Shown here: positions 11,302 through 22,541 of the stretch, in pieces | Numbering within the stretch: position 1 is the stretch's first letter | Layout of the letters: every line of letters begins with the position of its first letter | Source of the DNA: Gamaleyavirus NAN33P5 | Sequence record: OZ035750.1 | Strand: one strand, 5' to 3' | Length of the DNA: 64,000 bases | Program-made: the position numbers and the translations under genes | The notes under the pieces: model-generated | Database searches by the model: none | Told to the model about the DNA's origin: nothing | Seen by the model: the letters and a program-made list of their open reading frames with translations, nothing else

Positions 11302-14300
11302 ATGTCAACATTTGACCGTCTGGCAGGTTTCGCAGACAGCATCACTAATGCTAAGCAAGTCGATGTCTCTACTGCAACCTCTCAGAAGCAAGCTGCACAA
11401 GGGCAAAGCCCTTTCCAATTAACCCCAGAGAATGCTTACAATCTCCAGACTGGACGAGTAGGTAATCTTGGAATCGGTGCATTCGAACCAGGTTCACTTC
11501 AGGCAGATTTCACTCAAGCCTCTCCATTAGAAATTATTAATAAATACGGTAATGAGCAAGGTCTACAAATTCTTAATAGCCGAGCTAATGCTGCGGATGT
11601 TGTACGTCAGGACTTATCTAAACAACGTACTAACGCAGAAGCATTTGGCGATACTCTTTCTGGTGTTGGTCTTGGTGTTGCTAATACCCTTGGGGGCATT
11701 GCTGCTCTTGGCACAGGTCTGGTCAATGATAATGCCGGGGCATCCATTTCTTCCGGGATGGATTGGCTGAATGAAGGTGTACACAATTTACAATCTGATG
11801 CACTGAATGCTACCCGTAAAGTTGTTCAGAATCAGAACCAGATTTCTGCTCAAAAGAACCAGAAACTCTATGAGCAAGACATCAAAAATGGGGAGAGCGA
11901 TTTGGTTGCCTCCCTGTCTCGTATTGGACGTGATGCTTTCGATTCTGTTGCTAATACACTTGATAATGGCATGGCTGCTTCAGATGGACTGAGTGAAGGT
12001 GTTGGTTCCCTCTTTACTGGTGGTCCACTTATCCGTGGTGTATCTGCACTCGGTAAAGTAATGGTAGGTGGTGATAAAGCTGTTAAGGGTATTACCTTAG
12101 CTGCTGGGTTAGGTTCACGTCCTGCACAGGTTGCATTGTCTGCTGGTCGTGTTGCTGCACCTGCTATTGCAATTGGTGGCATGGAAGCTGGTGGTGCATA
12201 CCAACAGACTGCTTCTGAAATCATGAAGATGTCCCAGCAAGAATTGGCAAGTAAGTCTCCTGTTTACCAACAACATATTGCTGATGGCTTATCTCCTGAT
12301 GAAGCACGTCGTCAGACTGCATCTGAAACAGGTATCATTGCTGCTGGCTTAACTGCTCCAGTTGCTGCTGCTACCGGTCCACTGGTATCCAAGTTTGAAC
12401 TTAATCCACTTAAGGTAGGCTCACTTGCAGGTGCTGGTTCTAATATGCTGCGTGAAACAGTTGAAGAAGGTATTCAGTCAGGCTTTGGTCAGTATGCCCA
12501 GAACCGTGCAATCAAGGAAAATGTTGATGCATTCCGTGACACTCTCAAAGGGGTCGGTGAGCAAGCAGGTCTTGGTGCACTTTATGGCTTCGGTAGTGCT
12601 GGGGTTGCTCAAGCTCCTGGTGCAACTGTTAAAGCAGTTGGTGCTTCTGCTGGTCCTGCTCTTCGTACTACTCTGGCTGGTGCTTCTCTGGTTGGTAAAA
12701 CATTAGCAAAAGCTGCGTCCCCTCTTACTAACATCCTGGTTCAACGTGGTGAAGAAGTTGCTAAGCGTAATGAACAAGCATCTCCTGTAGCTGATGCTAC
12801 GGTTAACGCTGCTGCACAGGAAGCTGCTGCTCAAGCAGAGCAGGCACAAGCAACTGTACAGGAAGCAGTAGATGCAATGGATATCACTCCAGAGGAGAAA
12901 GCTGCTGCTACCCAGTATGCTGCTGATTTAACTCAGGCAATGAAGTTTGACCCAGTAGAATTGGAGCAAGCTAACCCTGCAATCCGTGAAGCTGTTTCTG
13001 GTTCCACTAACCGTGTAGAAGCTATTCAGAAGATGGCTGACCTGGTTAATACTGCCGAAGACCCTAACGTTCAAATGGAAGCTGCAATCCAGATGTATGA
13101 CAATATCATGTCTATGGATAGCTTCATTAACCGTGACCCAGGTGCTCTGGCTAATCTGGAACAGGGTTCCCCTGCTGCTGCAATCGTAGACCAGTTCTCT
13201 GGCCTGATGGCTAACGTGCAGAATACCCCTAAAGTACTCCGTGCATTCCGTGCTATCCATTCTATGATTCAGGAACAGGCTGAAGCAGGTAAACTGAAAG
13301 CCACTGAAGAAGCTAGCCAAGCCCAAGCAAACAACATTGCTATGGCTGCTGATGTATCTCCAGAAGTACTGGATGCAGATTCAGTAAACATGGTTCTGAA
13401 ACATGCAAGTGAAGGTAAGATTACACTTGGGAATCGTCAACGTGCTGCCCTGCAATCTGCTGCTGCCTTGTTACAGGGTGCACGTGAGTTCGACGCTAAA
13501 GCAGAAGAACTGGGCTTACGTCCTCAAGACATTGTTAGTAAACAGATTAAAACCGATGAGTCTCGTTCTAACGAAGGACAGTACTCTGCGTTGCAACATG
13601 CGAAACGCATTCGTTCTGCGTATAACTCTGGTAACTTCGATTTGGCCTCCGCTTATCTGAGCGACTTTATGAAGTTCGCCCAGCACATGCAGAATAAGGT
13701 CGGAGCATTGAATGAGCATCTGATTTCTGGGAATGCGGATAAGAATAAGTCTGTTCATTATCAGGCTCTCTCGCCTTCCCGTGAATGGGTACGTAGTCGT
13801 ACTGGCCTTGGTGTTAACCCTTACGATACCAAGTCTGTTAAGTTTGCCCAGCAAGTAGCACTGGAAGCTAAGACCGTAGCTGATATTGCTAATGCACTTG
13901 CTACGGCTTACCCGGAGCTTAGTGTTTCTCATGTGAAAGTTACCTCGTTAGATTCACGTCTGAACAAACCTGCTGCCCAGGTAGTTAAAGAGTTCCGTCA
14001 AGGTGGTCTTGATGCCACTCAGTCTCAACAGACTAATGAACCAGTGAATCAGGTTGATGAATCTCCTGCACCAGTGCAAGAGGTCACTACTACTGTACAG
14101 CCTAAAGCTAAACCAGTGGTAGAAAATAAGACTGCTCCTATTAAGGAGACTAGTCCAAAAGCAGAAGAAGTCTCTACTACTAAGACTGAAACAGTAGATG
14201 TTACCCTCACTAATGAGGGTAACATCCAGGAAGTAGCTGTAACCAAAACAGAAATGGAAACAGTGTTCCCTGTCTATAACAATGAAAAGACACCGAACCA

Positions 14301-17300
14301 GTTCCTGAAATCGTTTTCCCTGCCGGAAGAACCTAAGTCCCGTACCATTGGTTCTGAATCTCCTTTGGCTGATATTAAGCAAGCACTGTCTTCTGCTGCT
14401 CGCTTTGAAGCATTCACTCAAAAAGAAAATAACGCTCTCACTAGTGATGTGATGAAACGTTATCAGGACTTGATGGACTTTGGGGAAACTCTGAAGACTA
14501 CTCTGTCTGAACGTCTGGCTAAGTTCCTTGCTAACAAAAATGTTGGTAAACGTTTTGCAGAAGGTACTGAGGCTAATCGTTGGGTAGGTGGCAAACTGCT
14601 GAATATCGTTGAACGAGATGGTGATACCTTTAAGTTCAACGACCAGTTGTTAGAGACTGCTGTACTTGCTGGTCTGCAATGGCGACTGACTGCTACACAG
14701 AATGCTGCCATTAAAGATATGAAAGATGTAGCTGCTATTACTGGCGTAGAAGCATCTCTGTTACCAGAAGGTATTCTGGCTGAGTTTGAGAATGCCCAGA
14801 CTCTGGTAGAAGCTACTAACTCACTGGCTCAGAAGATTGAATCCTACTGGGGTTTGAATCGCAATCCTAATGCACCACTGGGTTATACGAAAGGTATCCC
14901 AATGGCAATGGCTACAGAGATTCTGTCTTCCCTCATTGAGATGGGTGAAGTTAAAGAGTCTATGCTGGATGTGTCTGAGATTGACCCGAACTCCAATAAG
15001 ACTGTTGGTCTGTATACTATTGAGAAGCTGGATGACAATGATGCCATTAATAAATTCCCTACTGCTATTGAGGAAGCTGTCCTATTAGAACCAGAAGAGA
15101 AAATGTACTTTGGTGATGACATTCCTTCCGTGGCCCAGACTCAGTTACGTAATCCTGCTGTTAAAAATACCCCTGAGCAGAAAGCTGCTCTGAAAGCTGA
15201 ACAGGCTACTGAGTTCCGTGTACATATGCCGATGGTTAACTTCTATGAAGCATTAGGCCGTGACAACATTCTGGAACTGATGGGTGCTGGTACTCTTAAT
15301 CCTGACTTACTGAATGAGAACACTGCTAAATCTCTGGAAGGTAAAAACCTGTCCGTGTCTATGGCATATGATTCTCTGTTCGGTGTAATTAATCAGATAC
15401 GGGAACAAGAGAATGGATTGGATACGCCTATCCATTACGGTTACAACATGACCCGTGTAGGTCGTATGCAGATGCTTGGTAAGAACAACCCACAATCCAG
15501 TAAGCTGGTTCGTGAAGCAATTCTGCCGACCTTCTCTACTATCGACTTAAGTAATGAAAACAGCCAAGCGTACTCTGACTTCCAGCTAGGACTGGCTCAG
15601 GCATTGGGCATCAAGGTACATAACATGTCCCGTGAGGCTATGTCTGAAAAGCTGACCAAGGCTCTGGAAGGCAATCTGAAGCCAGCTGTTGATATGATGG
15701 TTGAGTTCGATAAGTCTGGTCACTTACCTGCCGATGCAGTAGATATTCTGAAGACCTCTCTGGGTGGTGACAAATCCTTTGTAGCTCTCATGGCTCTGAT
15801 GGAATATGCCCGTTACCTGAACAGTGATGACCGTGCCAACTTTAATACCCCACTGTACGTTGAAGCTGATGGTGTAACCAACGGCCCAATCAATGCAATG
15901 GTATTAATGACTGGTGGTAAATTCACTCCAGACTGGATTAAGAATACTGCCAAAGGTGGTTTGTTCTTCGGCAAAGCTGGTAAGACTATGAACGAACATC
16001 GTTCACAGGATGATAGTGTTGACCTGTATGAAGCATCTACTAATGGTTTGCAACAAGCACTAAATGAGTTACGTACTACTTACCGTAACAACGTTCCTGT
16101 TATGAGCCAGATGAATCATCTCCAGAAGTTAATGGACCTGTTCATTAAAGACTTTAACCTGAATGAAGACGGTACTCTGGACCTGAAACGTGGTATCGCT
16201 AAAAACCCACTGACCATTACCATCTATGGTTCTGGTGCTCGTGGTATTGCTGGCAAGATGGTTAGTGCAATTACTGACACCATCTACGAACGCCTCAGTG
16301 ACGTTTTGCAAGCACGTGCTGCTGACCCTAGCATTTCCCCAGCTATGGCAATGTTTGGTAAGGAGGCTGCGTCTGAGGCTGATGCTCAGGCTATGCTGGA
16401 TACTTTCCTTACTTCTATGGAAGCACTGACTGGTAATGTTCCAGTTATGCGTAAGGGTGAGTTATCTATTCAACAAGTAGAGGGTGCACTGACTGGTAAG
16501 TTAAACCCTCAGAAATTTACAGTATCCGGTAATGCCCTGAAGAATTTACAGGAGAACATGCTCCACCTGTTCGTTGAACCAATGCGTACTGGTATCCGTA
16601 ATACTGTTGGTGAAGGTCTGATGCACTCTACTGAGAACTTGCAGAAGGCTACCCAGATTCAGTCTCTGGTATTGCAGGATATGTTCCAGCAAGCAGTACA
16701 GGCTAAACTAGCAGAAAAAGAAAAAGACTCAACCTGGAAGAAGGGTGATTTCTTAACGCAGAAAGAACTGAATGAAATCCAGGAATCATTATCCCCGCTG
16801 GCTCCAATGATTGAGACTGGCTCACAGACTTTCTACATTGCTGGTAGTGAGAATACTGATGTTGCTAACCAAGTACTGGCTACCAACTTAGATGACCGTA
16901 TGCGTGTGCCAATGAGTATCTATGCTCCTTCGCAGGCAGGTGTTGCAGGTATTCCGTTTATGACCATTGGTACTGGTGATGGCATGATGATGCAGACCCT
17001 TTCTACTATGAAAGGTGCTCCGAAGAATACCCTGAAAATCTTTGATGGTATGAACATTGGTATCAATGACATCACTGATGCGAGTCGTAAAGCGAATGAG
17101 GCTGTATACACATCCTGGCAGGGGAACCCTATCAAGAATGTTTATGACTCCTACGCTAAGTTCATGAAGAATGTAGATTTCAGCAAACTGTCTGATGAAA
17201 CCAAACAGGCTATCGCTAAATCTGCTCTGGAATATGACCAGCGTGAAGGTGCTACCGATGACCTGTTACGTGCGGGTGCTGAACAGATTGAACGTAACCT

Positions 17301-20300
17301 GCGTAACATTGCCCTGGGTGTAGATATTCGCCACAAAGTAATGGACCAGGTGCAGACCACTGTTGATCAGATGGCTGCTGTGGGTGCTCCTTATGTGAAC
17401 AACGGTAAAATCTCTCTTGAAGGTCTTACTGTAGACCAGCAAGTAGCCAAACTGAACGAACTGTTTGATGCTGAATTAAACAAGCGTCGTGATGCAGTAC
17501 GTGCTGCTAAAGCAGAACCAGTGAAAGAAGTACCGGCAATGGAACAGGTTGGTCGTGTTCTTAAGTCTGGTGTACGTCTGCTGTCCAATACTGCTATTGC
17601 TAAGCTGGCTAAAGAGATGTCTCCTGAACAGCAAGCAGTATTGAAAGAAGTACAGAAATCCCTTGCTGCCAAAGACTATAAGGTTGTTTACGGTACTCCT
17701 GCTCAACTGGATGCTTACGCTATTGAGAAGAACATTACTCGCCCAGCACCAGAAGATATTGAAGCTGCCGAAGCTGGTAATGCATACGGCTGGACTAACT
17801 TTGATGATAAGACCATCTACTTGGTTACCCCTTCCTTAGAGACTCTGGTTCATGAATTAGTACATGCTTCTACTTTTGAATCTGTACTGGCTCATTATGA
17901 GGGTACTCCTAACGAAGCAGTCCAGAATATTGAAGACCTGATGAATCAGTTCCGTACTTTGGATGTTAAGAACGAATCCACGGTAGTACGTGAAGCATAT
18001 GCTGATGCTCTCAATACCATTAATGGTCACTTGTCTAATGGCTTTATTGAACCAGCAATGGCTAAAGCTGCTGCACTGAATGAGTACATGGCATGGGGCT
18101 TAACTAACCGTGAGCTGATTAGTAAGCAGAAGAAGACCACTGCACTGAAAGCTATGGTTCAGTCTGTATATGAAGCAATCAAACGTCTGGTATTCGGTCG
18201 TAAGAAAGCTCCTGCTAATGCAGATGATATGTTCTCAGGCTTATTGTTTAACTCATCTGTAGTTATGCGTGGACAGGCTCCTACGGCTGTTGTATCCAAG
18301 GACACTACCTTGTTCCATAACAAAGCGTATGGTGACAATACCCGTCTGGAAGAGTTAGGACAGACCTTTGATAAGCTGATTACTAACTACATTGGTTCAG
18401 AACCAGTACAGCAAGTAATTCGTAAAGGTAAGTTTTCTGATGCAGTAGTGAATGCAACTAAAGTAACCCGCGATGTTCAGGCTCATGGCTTCACTATGAA
18501 TATGCAGGAACAGCGTCTGTTCACTAATATCGTTGCTGCTTTGGCTACTGAAGCTGCTATTAGTCCTGCTGCTCTTTCTCGTGCACAGGAATATTATGCA
18601 CACGTTACCAAGAACCTGACTGTTGAAGCATTCATGGCTGACCCAGATAGTACTGACCCTGCTGACCGTTACTATGCTCAGCAGAAGTTTGATACCATCA
18701 TGGGTGCTAACAATATTGAGTTTGATGCACAGGGACGTTCTTCCTTACTGCCTACCTTTGTTGGTCTGGCAATGGTAAGCGAAGAAGTACGTAATGTACT
18801 GGCTAACATTCCTGTTATGAAAGCAGATAAGAAATCTGGTAATACCGTTGATGCAATGCTGACTAACATTGGTACTGCTGCAATGTCCAGCCTGAATGCT
18901 CGTGTAGCAGGTGATACCAAAGCTACCAACGTGCAGGACGGTATGGATGCACTGGCTCAGACAATCATGCAGACTAGCCTTAATGCACAGTCATTCTATG
19001 ATTCCGTTGCTACTCCTAGTGGTAATGCTATTGACCGTGCTAACCAGTATCTGGTGGATTCTATCGATGCACTGTCTACTCGTGCTTTAGAAAGTGCTCG
19101 TGAAGTTGCAGCCAATACCAAGAACCCGTTGGTCAAAGGTGCTGCTCATGCTGCACAACTGGTAGCTGCCATTGCTACAGAGAAGAACGGTGCAATCGTG
19201 GCAGAAGGTGTTATGGCTGCAATGAACCAGGGTAAAGTATGGCCACCCTTCCATGACTTAGTTAATGACTTAACCGGTCGTACTAAGAGCAATGCTTCTG
19301 TATACGATTTGATTAAAGCAGTTCGTGCACAGGTACAAGCAGACCGACAGCAATTCCGTGAACGCCTGCCTACCACTATTGCATCTAAGTTCAGCCGTAA
19401 GCTGACTAATGATGAGTGGAAAGCAATGCACACTGGTATGGGTAAAACTGATTTAGCTGTCCTGCGTGACACCATGTCTCTGGCTGAAATCCGTGACCTG
19501 CTGTCTGACCAGAAGATTGTTGACCGTGAAGTGAATAAGCTGGAAGCAGATTTGCAGAAGCAAGCTGGTCGTAACTGGCCTCTTATTAGTCGTAAATCTA
19601 AGCAACTGGCTCAGTACATGATTAACGGTACAGTCGGTAATAACCTGCTGCGTAATGCTACTGCAATCTCCCGTATGCTGGGTGAACGACAGGCTGCTCG
19701 TTCTACTGTAGATGTAGCTCAGCTGGATAAACTGATTACCCTGTATGCACTGGAAGCAATGAATAAGACTGATCGTGAGATGTTATCTTCACTGGCTCAG
19801 ACAGAAGTTGATGGAATGGACTTTGCTACTTCTTATCTGGTTGGTCAGCGTAAAGATGAAATGGCTAAAGCCAAGTCTGACCCACGTGCAACTCTGAACC
19901 AGTACAAAGGGCATATCCCTAGTGAGACTAAACAGGGTGTTAATCTGATTGTTGCTGAAGATAGCCAGTTTGCTGATTTAATTGAGAAGTCTTATGTACG
20001 TCTTGGTACTTATCAAGGTAGCTCTGCCAACCGTGGTCCAGCACGTAGCTATTACTTTGCTCCAGTACAGGCACAGGCTCCCTTCTCACAGGGTATCCTA
20101 CAGAACGTTCGTGATACTGCTGGTGGTGTAGACCTCGGCACAGGATTTACGATGGGTTCAATGGTAGCTGGTCGTATTACTGACAAGCCTTCCGTAGACC
20201 GTATTACTAAAGCACTGGCTCGTGGTGAACGTGGCAATGAACCATTGCTGCCTGTATATGACGATAAAGGTAATGTAGTTGCTTATGAGCAATCCATTGA

Positions 20301-21654
20301 CCCTAACATGCTGAAGCATATTGAAGGTGAGAACCACCTTGCCCGTGCAATTGGTGTATGGCGTGGTCGCCAAGTGGAAGAGGCTAAGGCTCAGCGTTTT
20401 AACGATATGCTGATTGAGAACCTGCACAGCATGTATGAGAACGACATTAAGATGTCTGCCTCTAATAAGTCCCAGTACGTTAACCTTCTTGGTTCTAAAC
20501 TGGACCCAGTAACTGCTGATGCTCTCAAGCTGATGAACAGTGAAACTCGACGGAAAGCAGAAAGCCTGTTTGGTGATGGCGAACTGTGGGTGCGTCGTGA
20601 CATGCTGAATGATGCACTTGGTTATCGTGCAGCTTCTGTTGGTGATGCCTGGTCTGGTAATTCTCGTTGGTCCCCGGAAACCCTGGATACCTTCAAGAAA
20701 GCTATGCTGGGTGTATTTGGCAACCGTGCTTATAAGTACACAATAGGTGGTGAGAACCTGGTTCAGAACTTAGTTAAAGAAGCCAAGACTCTGATTGTAG
20801 TTAAGTCAGTAGTCGTACCTGCTGTTAACTTCTTGGCTAACCTTTACCAGATGGTTGCTCGTGGTGTACCGGTTAAGAACATTGCTAAAAGCATTCCACA
20901 GAAAACTGCTGAGATTAACCAGTACCTGAAATCTCGTTTGCGTCAGGTAGATGCAGAAGCAGAATTACGTGCAGCTACTAACCCGAACCAGATTCGTAAA
21001 CTTAAGGCTGAGATTCAGTCTATCACTGATAGCCATAAGCGTATGAGTATCTGGCCTCTGTTAGAAGCTGGTGAGTTCTCTTCAATTGCAGATGCTGGTA
21101 TCGGTCGTGATGACATTCTGATCACTGAAGGCAAACTTCACGAATACATGGAAAAGCTGGCTGATAAGTTACCTAAGTCAGTACGTACTGCTGGTCGTTA
21201 TGCACTTATCACTAAGGATACTGCTTTGTTCCAGGGTATTCAGAAGACGGTTGAGTACTCTGACTTTATTGCTAAAGCAATCATCTATGATGAATTGACC
21301 CAGCGTAAAGGTAAGACTCGTGAAGAAGCACTAGGACGTGTGACGGAAGAGTTCGTGAACTATGACCGTTTACCGGGTCGCTTCCGTGGGTATATGGAAA
21401 GTGTTGGTTTAATATGGTTCTACAACTTTAAGATTCGTTCTGCAAAAGTTGCAGTGTCCATGATTCGTAACAACCCAGTACATGCAGCAATGGCGATGTT
21501 GGCTCCAACTCCTACCATGTTTGGTAATGTTGGCTTACCTATTCAGGACAACATCTTTAGCATTGCTGCTAAGGGTGGACTGGATTACTCATGGGGCTTC
21601 GGTCAAGGGCTTCGTGCTCACAACCTGAACCCTTGGATGAACTTAGTAAACTAA
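11302..21654 (+). CDS. virion-encapsidated RNA polymerase (giant vRNAP)
   Basis: Single uninterrupted ORF of about 3450 codons (track ORF 11284-21654; first ATG with AGGA RBS at 11302); a protein of this size at the end of the virion module is the hallmark of N4-like phages. Confidence 0.8.
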   Translation: MSTFDRLAGFADSITNAKQVDVSTATSQKQAAQGQSPFQLTPENAYNLQTGRVGNLGIGAFEPGSLQADFTQASPLEIINKYGNEQGLQILNSRANAADVVRQDLSKQRTNAEAFGDTLSGVGLGVANTLGGIAALGTGLVNDNAGASISSGMDWLNEGVHNLQSDALNATRKVVQNQNQISAQKNQKLYEQDIKNGESDLVASLSRIGRDAFDSVANTLDNGMAASDGLSEGVGSLFTGGPLIRGVSALGKVMVGGDKAVKGITLAAGLGSRPAQVALSAGRVAAPAIAIGGMEAGGAYQQTASEIMKMSQQELASKSPVYQQHIADGLSPDEARRQTASETGIIAAGLTAPVAAATGPLVSKFELNPLKVGSLAGAGSNMLRETVEEGIQSGFGQYAQNRAIKENVDAFRDTLKGVGEQAGLGALYGFGSAGVAQAPGATVKAVGASAGPALRTTLAGASLVGKTLAKAASPLTNILVQRGEEVAKRNEQASPVADATVNAAAQEAAAQAEQAQATVQEAVDAMDITPEEKAAATQYAADLTQAMKFDPVELEQANPAIREAVSGSTNRVEAIQKMADLVNTAEDPNVQMEAAIQMYDNIMSMDSFINRDPGALANLEQGSPAAAIVDQFSGLMANVQNTPKVLRAFRAIHSMIQEQAEAGKLKATEEASQAQANNIAMAADVSPEVLDADSVNMVLKHASEGKITLGNRQRAALQSAAALLQGAREFDAKAEELGLRPQDIVSKQIKTDESRSNEGQYSALQHAKRIRSAYNSGNFDLASAYLSDFMKFAQHMQNKVGALNEHLISGNADKNKSVHYQALSPSREWVRSRTGLGVNPYDTKSVKFAQQVALEAKTVADIANALATAYPELSVSHVKVTSLDSRLNKPAAQVVKEFRQGGLDATQSQQTNEPVNQVDESPAPVQEVTTTVQPKAKPVVENKTAPIKETSPKAEEVSTTKTETVDVTLTNEGNIQEVAVTKTEMETVFPVYNNEKTPNQFLKSFSLPEEPKSRTIGSESPLADIKQALSSAARFEAFTQKENNALTSDVMKRYQDLMDFGETLKTTLSERLAKFLANKNVGKRFAEGTEANRWVGGKLLNIVERDGDTFKFNDQLLETAVLAGLQWRLTATQNAAIKDMKDVAAITGVEASLLPEGILAEFENAQTLVEATNSLAQKIESYWGLNRNPNAPLGYTKGIPMAMATEILSSLIEMGEVKESMLDVSEIDPNSNKTVGLYTIEKLDDNDAINKFPTAIEEAVLLEPEEKMYFGDDIPSVAQTQLRNPAVKNTPEQKAALKAEQATEFRVHMPMVNFYEALGRDNILELMGAGTLNPDLLNENTAKSLEGKNLSVSMAYDSLFGVINQIREQENGLDTPIHYGYNMTRVGRMQMLGKNNPQSSKLVREAILPTFSTIDLSNENSQAYSDFQLGLAQALGIKVHNMSREAMSEKLTKALEGNLKPAVDMMVEFDKSGHLPADAVDILKTSLGGDKSFVALMALMEYARYLNSDDRANFNTPLYVEADGVTNGPINAMVLMTGGKFTPDWIKNTAKGGLFFGKAGKTMNEHRSQDDSVDLYEASTNGLQQALNELRTTYRNNVPVMSQMNHLQKLMDLFIKDFNLNEDGTLDLKRGIAKNPLTITIYGSGARGIAGKMVSAITDTIYERLSDVLQARAADPSISPAMAMFGKEAASEADAQAMLDTFLTSMEALTGNVPVMRKGELSIQQVEGALTGKLNPQKFTVSGNALKNLQENMLHLFVEPMRTGIRNTVGEGLMHSTENLQKATQIQSLVLQDMFQQAVQAKLAEKEKDSTWKKGDFLTQKELNEIQESLSPLAPMIETGSQTFYIAGSENTDVANQVLATNLDDRMRVPMSIYAPSQAGVAGIPFMTIGTGDGMMMQTLSTMKGAPKNTLKIFDGMNIGINDITDASRKANEAVYTSWQGNPIKNVYDSYAKFMKNVDFSKLSDETKQAIAKSALEYDQREGATDDLLRAGAEQIERNLRNIALGVDIRHKVMDQVQTTVDQMAAVGAPYVNNGKISLEGLTVDQQVAKLNELFDAELNKRRDAVRAAKAEPVKEVPAMEQVGRVLKSGVRLLSNTAIAKLAKEMSPEQQAVLKEVQKSLAAKDYKVVYGTPAQLDAYAIEKNITRPAPEDIEAAEAGNAYGWTNFDDKTIYLVTPSLETLVHELVHASTFESVLAHYEGTPNEAVQNIEDLMNQFRTLDVKNESTVVREAYADALNTINGHLSNGFIEPAMAKAAALNEYMAWGLTNRELISKQKKTTALKAMVQSVYEAIKRLVFGRKKAPANADDMFSGLLFNSSVVMRGQAPTAVVSKDTTLFHNKAYGDNTRLEELGQTFDKLITNYIGSEPVQQVIRKGKFSDAVVNATKVTRDVQAHGFTMNMQEQRLFTNIVAALATEAAISPAALSRAQEYYAHVTKNLTVEAFMADPDSTDPADRYYAQQKFDTIMGANNIEFDAQGRSSLLPTFVGLAMVSEEVRNVLANIPVMKADKKSGNTVDAMLTNIGTAAMSSLNARVAGDTKATNVQDGMDALAQTIMQTSLNAQSFYDSVATPSGNAIDRANQYLVDSIDALSTRALESAREVAANTKNPLVKGAAHAAQLVAAIATEKNGAIVAEGVMAAMNQGKVWPPFHDLVNDLTGRTKSNASVYDLIKAVRAQVQADRQQFRERLPTTIASKFSRKLTNDEWKAMHTGMGKTDLAVLRDTMSLAEIRDLLSDQKIVDREVNKLEADLQKQAGRNWPLISRKSKQLAQYMINGTVGNNLLRNATAISRMLGERQAARSTVDVAQLDKLITLYALEAMNKTDREMLSSLAQTEVDGMDFATSYLVGQRKDEMAKAKSDPRATLNQYKGHIPSETKQGVNLIVAEDSQFADLIEKSYVRLGTYQGSSANRGPARSYYFAPVQAQAPFSQGILQNVRDTAGGVDLGTGFTMGSMVAGRITDKPSVDRITKALARGERGNEPLLPVYDDKGNVVAYEQSIDPNMLKHIEGENHLARAIGVWRGRQVEEAKAQRFNDMLIENLHSMYENDIKMSASNKSQYVNLLGSKLDPVTADALKLMNSETRRKAESLFGDGELWVRRDMLNDALGYRAASVGDAWSGNSRWSPETLDTFKKAMLGVFGNRAYKYTIGGENLVQNLVKEAKTLIVVKSVVVPAVNFLANLYQMVARGVPVKNIAKSIPQKTAEINQYLKSRLRQVDAEAELRAATNPNQIRKLKAEIQSITDSHKRMSIWPLLEAGEFSSIADAGIGRDDILITEGKLHEYMEKLADKLPKSVRTAGRYALITKDTALFQGIQKTVEYSDFIAKAIIYDELTQRKGKTREEALGRVTEEFVNYDRLPGRFRGYMESVGLIWFYNFKIRSAKVAVSMIRNNPVHAAMAMLAPTPTMFGNVGLPIQDNIFSIAAKGGLDYSWGFGQGLRAHNLNPWMNLVN

Positions 21655-21690
21655 AATAAAAAAGCCCCTCATAGAGGGGCTTTGCTTTTA
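21655..21690. terminator. bidirectional rho-independent terminator at strand-switch point
   Basis: AGCCCCTC-ATA-GAGGGGCT hairpin flanked by A-run upstream and T-run downstream; sits between convergent plus-strand and minus-strand genes. Confidence 0.6.
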
Positions 21691-21694
21691 GAAG

Positions 21695-21925
21695 TTAGGG
21701 TGTTTTCCACATTTTAGGCTTACGCCCTTCGCTTGGAAATTTACCAGTCTCTTTAATCTTCCGTAATGTTTCTTCTCCCGGGAACCACAGGAAAGAGAAG
21801 TAGAGTTTCTTAGCTACGTAACGAGTTACTCCCAGCTTCTCTGCGATTTCATCGAATGAGTATGTACGGACGGTATTGTTGAGAATGGCCTCACGAACAA
21901 CAGAGGTAATAGATACTTGCGTCAT
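21695..21925 (-). CDS. small hypothetical protein, possible HTH DNA-binding
   Basis: 76-aa ORF; segment FDEIAEKLGVTRYVAKK resembles a helix-turn-helix. Confidence 0.4.
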   Translation of the reverse strand: MTQVSITSVVREAILNNTVRTYSFDEIAEKLGVTRYVAKKLYFSFLWFPGEETLRKIKETGKFPSEGRKPKMWKTP

Positions 21926-21934
21926 AATAGTTTC

Positions 21935-22450
21935 CTACAGAATTACCCAGTCTTCAGCTAATACATCCGATTGGGATGGAACCCAAGGCATAAACTGGTC
22001 ATCAACAGTTTTGATGCCCAACCAATCCCGTTTCTCGCATACGGTATTCTCATGTTTATCCATAGCCCAATTTTCACCAGGTACTAGGGTGATATACATT
22101 CCCTTACCATTCCAGCCTTTACGGGTCAGTCTGTGACCTAGTTTTATAAGTTCTACTGCGTGACCAAAAGTACAACCCTTATCTACATCACAATATGCAG
22201 CTTCAAATGCAGCCCTCGGTGACCAGCTAATATAACCACGGAATTGCTTATGGTTAGGATTAGAATCCGGGTATTCTACTAAGTAACCTACTTCTAATGG
22301 GTCTTCATTAGCAGGCACATCCCAGCCACGAAGTTTGCAATATGTTTCCTTGTTCATCCGGAATCCATTTACACACTTGGTTCCGATGTAGTTGGTGAAG
22401 TGAACTTTAATTTCTTCGGACATAACTACCTCAAATGATAAAGCCCTCAC
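21935..22450 (-). CDS. hypothetical protein
   Basis: 171-aa ORF on minus strand. Confidence 0.55.
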   Translation of the reverse strand: MRALSFEVVMSEEIKVHFTNYIGTKCVNGFRMNKETYCKLRGWDVPANEDPLEVGYLVEYPDSNPNHKQFRGYISWSPRAAFEAAYCDVDKGCTFGHAVELIKLGHRLTRKGWNGKGMYITLVPGENWAMDKHENTVCEKRDWLGIKTVDDQFMPWVPSQSDVLAEDWVIL

Positions 22451-22470
22451 TAGGAGGGCTTGTTTTGTTT
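22442..22470. terminator. hairpin with plus-strand T tract (possible bidirectional terminator)
   Basis: AGCCCTC-ACTA-GGAGGGCT followed by TGTTTTGTTTT on plus strand. Confidence 0.3.
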
Positions 22471-22541
22471 TGGCTTCATGAGCCTTACCACATGTCGGGT
22501 AGTTCTGTACCTTTCGGTAAAAACTACCTTACTCTTATTTG

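Noticed and set aside
11552-20603. Numerous 60-150 aa ORFs on both strands inside the vRNAP gene
   Set aside because: All nested within one continuous 3.4k-codon frame; translations are low-complexity; treated as frame artefacts
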